Source of the DNA: the human T2T-CHM13v2.0 reference genome, Homo sapiens
Reading direction: 5' to 3' (one strand)
Assembly: GCF_009914755.1 (NCBI RefSeq)
Contig: NC_060931.1
Length of the DNA: 64,000 bases
The notes under the pieces were generated by a model, which did not search any database, was not told the origin of the DNA, and saw only the letters and a program-made list of their open reading frames with translations. The translations under genes were made by a program, and so were the position numbers. Below, piece after piece: positions 48,584-58,851 of the stretch; position 1 is the first letter of the stretch, and each line of letters begins with the position of its first letter.

Positions 48584-50390
48584 GGTACCACTCTGGGTGC
48601 CAACCGGGACCTGCCGGTGCCACGGTCCCGTGCGCCGGGTCCCGGCCTCGGGCTGCGGGCGGCTTCGGGGCCTACAGCCCAGCGGCGCGGAGCGTGGCAG
48701 AGGCGCGGGGCGCAGCGCAGCCCGAGGCTGCCTCCCGCCCGGGCGGACGGCGCGGCCGCTGGGGTGCACAGCGTAGCCCCGCGTGCCCGGCTCGCTCTCC
48801 GTTCCCTCGGATAGCTCCCACCGCTCGGCTCCGGGCTCAGAAAGCGGAAGTATTTGGTAGAGAAAAACACGGTTTCTTTTCAGCTCGTCTCAAAATCCCT
48901 TTTAGAGAAAATGCTCCTGTCAAGTTTTATTTCCCGTTGCAAACCACCTTCCACGCTGCCAAGAATTAAGACCGGGAGAGATTAAATACCCGATTATTCT
49001 CCTGGGGAGGGCGGGGCGGGGCCGGGAAGTGGGCACCCACACCAAACATTCCTTGAAGTAGGCTTGTCCTGATCCAGCCGCGCCCGGGGAGCCCCACGAA
49101 GGCCCGCGCGGCCTGCGGTGACGTCAGCCTGCAGTTGCGGGGCCACTCACCCGCACAGACACGGCCCTTGCTGTTCCGCGCCGGGACCTCCGCCAGCCGT
49201 CCTGCCGCAGCCCCGACTGGCCCGCGTGCCGTCAGAGGGAGGCCCGCTTTACACCGGCCTGAGCCTCCATTTTGAGTAGGGGGTTCTTGTAGAAGCGTGG
49301 AGGGTTTGGGGCCGCGCCTCTGTCCCCGAGGGGCGCGACATCAGGTAGCTCTCCGAGTTCACACCCCAGTACCTGGGGGAGGACCTATGTCGCCGCATAA
49401 CCGCCCGCAGAGGTTTGGAAATCTCTGAGACCCGTTGTAATTATTTCTGCCCAGTGGATCCGGCTCTTCAGCGTCACGAGAGCCGGGCAGAAATGAAATC
49501 AACTGTGGCAAGGCCTTGGCTGCTTTCACGGAGGAGTTTTTCTGCGCCAGTGTCTTTTTCCTTCCCTTTAAAATAAAATTAAAAATAGCAAGCACTTCTC
49601 AGGCATTCATCAGAGATAGATAGATGCACGAGGATTGAGTGGGCATTTTCATAAAGAATGAGGCCGGCTGTTATAGACCGGCGGCCTAGCAGATGAAAAC
49701 TTAATTAGCGTGCCTGTCCTAAAACCTAGGCATAAATCTCCCTCTGCCTTTTGGATAACGCTATATCTTTGCTTATGAGAAATGGGATGTGAGCAACTCG
49801 CTGCACATTTCTCTGATTCTCCAGGTCTTGGTCGGCTGACACGCATTCGATCAAGTTTAAAGGAATGCGCATAAATCAGCAAGCCCCTAGCGTCTCCTTG
49901 GGAGAGGTCCGCAAATCCAGGAGGGCGCCTCTGAACCCACCGGGTCTGGGGATTAGCAGTCCAGGGCAACCTCCGTCTCTGCTCCTGAACTCGGGAATTC
50001 ACAGAGGAAGCAAGACACTGCATCTTCACCAAGGCCTCCAAACACATGCAGCAGAGTGCAATCTGCACTTACATGTATTACAAAGTGAAATCTGTGTCAA
50101 CTCTCCGCACACAAATGTTGCATCTGCAGCTGAATTTCACTGCCTAGTGGTGAATTTTTAAGAAAAGATTTCAACTAGGTTGTTTTAATTTTTTTCTTCC
50201 CTTTTCTGTTAATTTTTTTTAAAAACCCACAACTTGAATAACTTGAATGGGTGGCTTCAGCTCTGCATCAGTCACAAATAGGAGTGAAATGCATAGCGAC
50301 ATTTAACAATCATCCACTTAAAATAAGTAAATAAATATGATAGTACTGAGAGCAGATAGAAAAAGTAGCGTTTTTTTTTAAAGTCCCATT

Positions 50391-50396
50391 TTTATT
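50391..50396 (-). terminator. HOXA13 distal polyadenylation signal
   Basis: tttatt at the end of a ~3.8 kb AT-rich extended 3'UTR; proximal signals at 52899-52904 and 53020-53025. Confidence 0.55.
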
Positions 50397-52373
50397 TTCT
50401 TAATTCAGGAAGAGTTTTCTTTTTAGAAAAAAATACTTTAATCAGGCTTTCAACAACATTATCCATGGGTCAGTGGCTGATACTATTATTCCTATTTTTC
50501 AGGAGGTGGCTGGTCTCTCCTTGATTTTTGTTTTTGTTTTTGTTTTTGTTTTAAGGTTTTAGACTGATTGCTATTTGGGCATTAAAGGAGCCATAATAAA
50601 TAATCCATGCCCACTTTAGGTTATCTGGTAGATCCACAGAAATTTTAAATAGGAGGAGAGTTAGGTAAGATCGACACTATCAATGACCATTTTAGAACTG
50701 GGGGGAAAAAATCCCCACAACAACCCTGAAATGTCTTCTGTCATTACAGTTTCAAAAACTAGAGAGAGAAAAAAAGAAGGCTACTACTTTACCCAGGGTT
50801 CCTGTAGTGGTGATGGCTTTCGAAAGGGGCGGGATCCCGGCTGGAGAGCTGCTGTTGGCCTCCTTCCTAGGCTCGAGGCTCAGAATATTTCTTACATCTA
50901 AAGAAAAATATCCCCTGTCAACAGAAGAGTCCCTTTTGGAGCTGTTCTTAAACACACAGTTTGATCCAGCTTTGAGGGGATTTTCCACCACTTTAAACAT
51001 TTTGGGAGAAAGTTGTTACTTTGGCTTGATGGCAGCTCATTTGGAAATGGAGTACTGTTTGGAACAAGAGGTGGAGAGGTGGGTCTGAAGCAACATTATC
51101 ATTTGTTTCCACAAGTGGAGTGAAAATCCTCAGGGCAGCAAAATATAATTGAATTTCTCGAGACCTTTCGATATGTATGTTTCAACACCAGCCTGTTTTT
51201 GAGACAGCTTTAGAGACTCTTTCGTAATTCTCATCTATAAAGAAGTTGTGAGTCCTCAGGAGAGGTTGGAGAGGTTTCCGGCAGCCACTTTTGTAACCAA
51301 TCAATATTATTTTCCATAAAATGATGAATCTGGTTCTTCCATTCACTATTACTTTCCTCTAACGTAAAGATAAAATTAGCCTGCATCTCACAATTCTGCA
51401 TCCCACGGCTACTGATTCCACCAACATTTTAATACATATGCGCATAGCATAGATTTGACAAAAACACATTATCCTATGTGTATATTAAATATACAAACAT
51501 ACATATGTATTCTTTATGACTCTGAATACAGCACCTGATTGTTGTTAGAGGTCAACAGTAGATATAATATTATTATTATAGTTTTGATGGAAGTTGTTAA
51601 TATTAAACATATTTATTTATCCTACAAATCAAATGGCAGATTCACAAGCATCAATATAAGATTGCACACCACCCTGGAGCAGTACTCAGCTCTGAGTTAT
51701 CCAGGATAACTCTCGTTCTGTATCCAATCCTGTGGTCATTTTGTAGATATGAAATATTAAGTCCTCTTTACTGACCTCTCAAGAGGTGGGTTTCTTAGAC
51801 TTTCTGAAACATAACTCTAGAACTCTAGACTTAGCAAGGCATCTGAATCTTAATTTGCTGTAAAGACTCCTCAATAGCTCTAATTACAGTGTGAGACCAC
51901 CCTGGAGGGTGAGGACCAGGAAGGAATGGTGATTTAAGAACACATCTTAGACTGTAACAAAAATGTACAGCTTTAAAGCAGATCTGCAGAAATCTGATGC
52001 AGAGCAAGCCACTGTGAAGACAAATCAAATTTGGCCATTAGAGAAAAGGAACAAGGCTTCATCTTGTAAAGTACATTTTGTACCTCAATTCTAGAAATCA
52101 CCTTAAATTACAATATCTTGCGTCATTAGCAATTAATGATATGATATCTGTACAGATTCTACAAATATATATACAAGCACACACAAGCACTAATATGCAA
52201 ATGTATACATGTGTACACATATTATATATATTTACATATATACAGGGACATGTATAATTTACATATATTCAAATTTGCTCCAGCTGGAGCCAAATAATTG
52301 AGTACTGAATCTCTAAAGTCAAGGAGGTAAGAGCTCTTGATTCCCTTGGTTGAAGAATTACAAGGAGGCTTGT

Positions 52374-52391
52374 CAACGCGAGGTGGCGCCC
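52374..52391 (+). promoter_or_regulatory. Candidate CTCF motif 3' of HOXA13 (possible C11|13)
   Basis: CAACGCGAGGTGGCGCCC, a CpG-containing core match in otherwise AT-rich DNA. Confidence 0.5.
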
Positions 52392-54203
52392 TTGATCTAC
52401 TAATCCAGCTAAGGCCAATTCATGAGCTGTCAAAAGTCAAGGTCACAAATTGTCTTTTTTTTCGTCAAGGTCAAGGTTTAAGGCCTTTCGTAGTCCTGTC
52501 ATTTCAACAAATATCAAAACCTGCCCTCTCAGACACATGCAGACCCAACAGCAGATTTTAAAATACGACAGCCTAGGCATTGCTGCTACAAAACAACTGG
52601 TTTTCATTTTCCACAGGGAGCCTGGGAATTCATACTATCTCTTCCTCCTTTCTTTTCTCTCCCTTTTGTAATACCTGACACTTTAATCTCCTTGAAGCAC
52701 TTATCATTTTTTAGGATTTTAGTTATGAGGGATTTCTCCCTTTTCTTAAAAATTTGGTAGCAAAAGAAGTACTGAATAATAATAAAGAATGGTCCTTGGT
52801 TTATATAAGATAAACCTGCTCCTTTTCTTTCTGTGCAGTGCACATTTAGCATAGGAAAGTAAAGAGTATTTTCTGCAGATTTTAATGGCAGTGACTATTT
52901 TATTAACAATTAATATTACGATATCACTATCTACAGGTCTAAGGGGTTTTTTTTTCATTTTTAGTAGAAATATTTAAAAAGCAGGTGCACAAATACATTT
53001 TCACAGTGTGCTGAATGTCTTTATTTACAAGATATCATTCTATAGTGAATATGAACAAAACGAATGTGCTGGTTGAAATAACTGCTTGATTAAAAATGTG
53101 CTGTGAAGATGAATCACTAATCTTTCTAATGCACTCTGATAACACAATAAACATGGAAAAATACTAATCCCTTAATAGATCAAAATATAGAATATAGACA
53201 CCTAAATATTTCAGGGGAATGAATTTTCATTCTGAGTTTTCTAAAAAAGAAAAAAGAAAAATGATTTCTCCAGCAAATGTTTAGCAAATATTGGGAAATG
53301 CCAATTCAAATGAAAAAACGAATTGTGTTCAAACCAAAGTCCATTATGTTGGGATGGAAACTCTCGGGAGATCTCACATAAAGTGAATTCTGTGGATCAT
53401 CTGATGATGTAAACATTTTCAAAAAGATACAAAATCCTTTGGAAAATAACGGATATTGGAGCAGTAAATATAGTTCAAATGCCACAAAATATGCTTGTTA
53501 TAAGCAATTAAAAATTATTCTTAAAAAGACATTACCGACCCGGGTTCTCTTGTAGCCTGAAAGGTTCAGCTGGTTGGTTTTACTATACTACCAAGACAAA
53601 TGATCCTCAGAAGAGTTTTCTCTCCCTTTCTCCCTTCACAGCAAATATTCCAAGATCATTATTTCAGTACCTTCTCGTTTCCCCTCTAAATCTATACATA
53701 AAATGTTTTGCAGAACGTACAACAACGGTAGGAATTTCACTAAGATTTACCTGAGCAGACGCTTAACATGCAAAGGGAATGGCGACCTAAGAAGGACAAG
53801 CAGATGTTTACAATGGCCTCTTGCGTTTGTAACCAACTTCCAGATTATTACCATCTAACGCAGTGTCCTAAAATGTAACGATCACTTAAATACTTACAAG
53901 ATTTCAGTAACTGCGTAACTTATCTGAAATTGCGTATTTTGGGGGTTGACGTTTGACATTTAACGGGCTGGGCTGATGGGGTTGGCGGAAGAACTGGCAG
54001 TCTTTACCTTTCTTAAAGTTTTAAAACAGTTGTAGATTCCATTAAAGAGAAAGAGATCTCCTTCGGGAGAGGAAAATGCCAGTCTCTGTCTCTTTCTCTT
54101 TCCCATTCTTCAATTATTATTAAGCATTATTATCATTATCTGGGCAAAGCAACGAGTTCTGAAGCGTTTCTTCAAGTTGCCTTCTTGCTCTATTTTTAAT
54201 CCA

Positions 54204-54448
54204 TTAACTAGTGGTTTTCAGTTTGTTGATGACTTTTTTCTCTTTAACCCTCCTGTTCTGGAACCAGATTGTGACCTGCCGCTCAGAGAGATTCGTCGTG
54301 GCTGATATCCGCCTCCGTTTGTCCTTAGTAATGAATTTATTCGTGGCGTATTCCCGTTCAAGTTCTTTTAATTGCACCTTGGTATAAGGCACGCGCTTCT
54401 TTCTCCCCCTCCTATAGGAGCTGGCATCCGAGGGATGGGAGACCACGT
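54204..54448 (-). CDS. HOXA13: Homeobox protein Hox-A13, coding exon 2
   Basis: Acceptor cttctag|AC at 54449/54448, homeodomain [40 protein letters not shown], ends INKLKTTS. Confidence 0.98.
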
Positions 54449-55161
54449 CTAGAAGACAAGGGAGAAGGCAAGTTACACAGGGATCGGACCCCAGCCAGGG
54501 CATAGGCGACAGCTCGATCTGAGCCACCCGCCTTGCAGCGCCCGGCTGCTCTTTGCCACCCGCTGTACAATCCTGTCTTCTGCTAAAGCCTAGAGGGTCA
54601 GTGGGGAAGGTAGTTAGTTCTGAACTGAAATGAAATCACCCAGGGCTCCAGTGACTTCCCCAACCCGGCCATCCTGCAGGAGCAGCGCGTAGGCAGCCTC
54701 GAGTGATAGCCTGGTCCAACGGCCCACACCTTAGCGCCAGGCTCAAGGTACAACACTTCTGTGCCTGCCTCCTTTCTGGGTGCCCGTCCCAATACTCGAA
54801 GCTTCTACACTGAAGCCATTTTTGAGAGAATGAATAGGGAGGGGCAATTTGGGGAGCTGTTTTCTGGTCAATTTCTCATCCTTAAATTGGTGTCAGGGGC
54901 TGGGGAGGGCGGGGCGCAGAGGGAGAGGGAAGCTAGCCGAGGTCTCCACAAGCCACCCCTCACCCAGGGAGAGCCAGGGACCAGCTCAACTCGAGGCAGT
55001 GCAGGCAGACCCAGCCAGCCATGCTCGGGCTCCCAGGGGTGCAGAGCCGCTAGGGCAGACCAGGAAGAGAACAGAAAGGCACCCGGGATCGCCCGGGTGC
55101 GAGCGGAGAAGAAGCTGGAGCAGAGCCGGAAGACCAGGGCTGGGAATAGGTCGTCATTTAC

Positions 55162-56065
55162 CGGGCAGAGTGGACTTCCAGAGGTGGGGAGGCTGCGCCT
55201 GCTCTTTGGGGCAGTACATTTGGCCGTTCCAGCCGTTGGGCAGCGCCCAGGGCTGGTAGCTTTCCATGGGAAGACCCAAGGGTTCGTGGCGCGACTCGCC
55301 GGGGCCCCCGAGGCCCGGCACCACTGGCATATCCAGGTAGCCAGGCATGGGCTGATGGTGGTGGTAAGGCCCGGCTGCGTAGCCCTGGTGGTAGAAGGCG
55401 AACTCCTTAGCGCGGGAGCTGAACTCCTCGGCAGCTGGGCCGGCGGTATCCATGTACTTGTCCGCGAAGGCGGCGGCGGCGGCGGCCGAGGCGGGCTGCG
55501 CGCACGACTTGATGGCGTTGGGGTGCGGGCCCATGCGGGCGCACGGGTAGTAGCCGCTGCCGAAGTAGCCATAGGGCAGCGCCGCGGGCCCCGACGAGCT
55601 CTGCGCCGCTGCCGAGCAGGGGCTGCATTGCTTGGCGGCCTCTGCGCCCGCCGGGCCCGCCGGGCCGGGACCTCCCGAGGACGACGCGGCGGCGGCGGCG
55701 GCGGCTGCAGCGGCGGCAGCCGACGGGGGCGCCTCCCCGGGGGCGCTGCTGTAGGCGGACGCGGCTCCTGGCGCCAAGGGCGCCGGGTGCGCCATCAGGT
55801 TGCGGCACTGGTTGGCCGCGGCCGCCGCCGCAGCCGCGGCCGCCGCCGCCACCGAGAAGTTGCCCCCTGCCGCCGCAGCCGCCGGGTGGGGGAAGCCCCC
55901 GCCCCCGGCCCCGGCAGCCGCCGCCGCTGCAGCCGCTGCTGCAGCCGCCGCCGCCCCTTCCATGTTCTTGTTGAGCTCGTCGGCCACCAGGCCGCCGCCG
56001 TTGTCGTAGAGAAACATGACGGTGGGCTCGATCCAGCGGGGGTGGAGGAGCACGGAGGCTGTCAT
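55162..56065 (-). CDS. HOXA13: Homeobox protein Hox-A13, coding exon 1 (polyalanine tracts of 14, 12 and 12)
   Basis: ATG at 56065 ([11 protein letters not shown]), donor CCCG|gtaaat at 55162/55161. 904+245 = 1149 nt = 382 aa. Confidence 0.98.
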
Positions 56066-58806
56066 AGCCCGAGCCGCATGGAGAAGACCCCAGTGGCGCT
56101 GTTTTAAAAAGCCCCCAAGAAGTGAAGAGCGCGCGGCGCGGGGCCGGGGCCCGAGCGAGGGGGGCGGATCGCGCCCCGCGGGGTCGCGCCAGGCGGCCGC
56201 CCATTGGCCCGGCCCCCCCGCTCCGCCCACGGCGTATGCAAAGCGGGCGGCTCCGACTCCAGCTCTGCACGGTGCACCCGTCGTCCCCGCCGCGGCCCGC
56301 GCCGTCCCCAGCGCCAGCCGCGCGGCCGCGCACCATTCACCCGGGGGAGAGGCGGAGGAACGTGCGGGTGGGGCAGGGAAGGAAGGGCGGCCCCATCTCC
56401 GCCCCCCTTCCCTTCCTTTATCCCAGTGGGGCCCAGACCCGCGCAACCAGGCGGGGAGGGGAGGTGGGCGCGCGATTGGGTTGCGATCTGGAGCAGTGGG
56501 GACAGGTCAGGTAATTCTGCCGGCGGTCAGGGATGGGAGAGTGGGGAGGACGGGACCAGCCTAGCTCAGAATGGGTGTTTCTTGGAGCCTCTGGGACTGT
56601 TTTCTTTCCAGGAACCGGCGCGTATTTCTGCAGTGAGACCACAGGACGGACATCGGCGCCTTCGGCTTCGATGGAGTTGCGATTTTGCTCTTTCCAGGGA
56701 AACAGTGGCAGGGTGTTTGCTGCTTATCGGTTCCTGCGGATATGCCTGGGTCCCAGGACATTCCACTGGAGGCTTGGACTGCATTTAGGAGCCCCTATCC
56801 CTTCCCTGTCCACACTGTTAGTGAGCAATTTCATATGTTTGCATTTAGACCGATAGACTCAGAACGACTCATCACACACACACACAGTGTACACTGACAC
56901 ACTCACATTCGCACACTTAGGTATACAGCCTGATCCTTGCTCTGACCTGGTAACAACGCTTCCTCCTCCAGAGACTTTGAGATAGAGCGAGCGATCCCTG
57001 TGCACCATTCATCCATGCTCCCACCTCGCCAGTATGGCTGGCTTAGTTCTGGAAGGGGCTTAAGAGGAACAAGCCCCAGCTGTGCTTCTGGCTGGGACTT
57101 AAACCCCCCTTCTGGGCCCTAAAGCCACGCTTCTTTGTGGACCGGACCTGACTCTCCAGGAATCTGGGAACCCGCTATTTCACTCTATTTTGGGACAAGA
57201 AAAAGGGGCTCTTTGGGGCCACTTCCTGCCTTCCCCTCAAGTAGGATCTCCAGCCTGCAGAGGGTGCCTAGTCCTTCTTTGCCCAAGAACCAGTCCAAGA
57301 AGCCTTTCCTCTGTGCCTGGGAAATGCAACCTTTTCTTGGGAGCATGGTAGGGTGTTGGTGCTGAAGAACCAAGCAGCGACCCGTCTTGTAGCTGCCATG
57401 TTTTGTCGAGGGGTTCTGGGGGTCCTGCTGCTTTAGAGCCACATACTTCCACTTCCTGATTCACTACTGTGAGCTGGTCAGATGCCTAGAAGAGGAACAA
57501 GCGTTCAAAGTGAAAGTGGGCACATTACCGGAATAGTGCTGGGGAGAGTGCTGGATTCTTTTCCACCCCAGGCGGACTGGTGAGAAGCCAGGCTTGGACC
57601 TGTCCTCTGCTCCTAGCTTGCACACTCAGCCCTAAACTCAGAGCAGCACGCATACCACCCCTCACACACACCCCACCATCTGCTGTCTAAGGCCCCTGGG
57701 CTTCCTGCAGGATCCAGACCAATGTGGCTGGGCTTGGGCTTTTATCTGTCCTGATCCTGGATTTGTCCTGACCAATGTAAGTGTCGCCCAATAAAACCTT
57801 CTATGACCCCCACACCAGCCACCCCCCCACCAAGTGTGCCCTTTCCTTCTTGACTTTTTAGCAGTTCTGGGTAAATATTGATTTGCCCCCAGTTTACCTT
57901 CTCCCTGACTGGCCATTTGCAGACTCAGGAACTAGCCTCTGTAGGGACTTGATTTTTCTGTTACTTTCTGGCCGTTTCACCACCCCCCTTCCTCCCTCCA
58001 AGTGGCATTGTAAAACTCACAGTGACAAACAGACAGAGTAGGGTTCTAGGCCCCTGTTCCTGGGGACTTGAAGGCGGTTTTACATACTGGTCAGACACGG
58101 CTGGAGGCCAAGGTCAAGTTGAAAGTTGCAGTCCAGCCAGCATGAGAACTGCCATGCGAGCGTAGAGACACAGGCAGCAGCAAAAGGCCCATTGCCCACA
58201 TCCCCTCACTCTTAATTTTCTCTCTCTTTTTAAAATTCTCGCCTCTGACTGTTCGGCTGCCCAGAATTTTTTGGTGCCTTCGTGGGGTTTTTGGGGCGGT
58301 GTTTACCGACTCTTCTCTGCCTCCGCCCTGCTCAGCCAGGGCTTTGAGCCTCTTCGGTTTTCCGGCCAGACCCGGAAAAACGAAAACACAGCTTGGGGAG
58401 CCCCCACTAGCCGGCGCCTGTGCCAGCTCACCTCTGGCCATGGCGCAGCTGCCGGTGCACACGGCGGCCAAGGCCAGCTCCACATTCTTCCCTCCCCCTC
58501 CCACTTCACCGTAGCCCCGAACCCTGCGCGCAGAGAAAGGGTCTCAGCTCCACAGACGACTGGGTCCCTCCTCACCAAAAATGGTGAGACAAGATTTCAT
58601 CTGTCGGCCGAGGAGCCACAAGCAGGTTTGTCTGAGAGGGATGGTGCTGGGGGAAGGCTTTGGATTGCATCTCAAATTAAGCTTTGCTCCTTAAATGTGG
58701 CGCTCTCGCCAAGAAAAAGCTTGGGGCCTGAATTCTTGAGATTTATGGTGCACCTTATTGATCAAATTTATCTGGACTTTTTTTAGTTCCCCGATGTGTC
58801 CCTATC

Positions 58807-58809
<3 letters not shown>

Positions 58810-58849
<40 letters not shown>
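58810..58849. repeat. A40 homopolymer
   Basis: Read directly. Confidence 0.95.

Positions 58850-58851
<2 letters not shown>

Noticed and set aside
46000-50300. HOXA12 pseudogene remnant
   Set aside because: No homeobox-like peptide seen on the minus strand.
54761-56107. 448-aa plus-strand ORF antisense to HOXA13 exon 1
   Set aside because: Shadow ORF of a very GC-rich coding exon with a non-ATG start and low-complexity Gly/Arg content; no domain similarity.
56066-56446. 127-aa N-terminal extension of HOXA13 in the ORF track
   Set aside because: Begins at a non-ATG codon upstream of the TATA-like element and probable TSS; the true start is ATG 56065.
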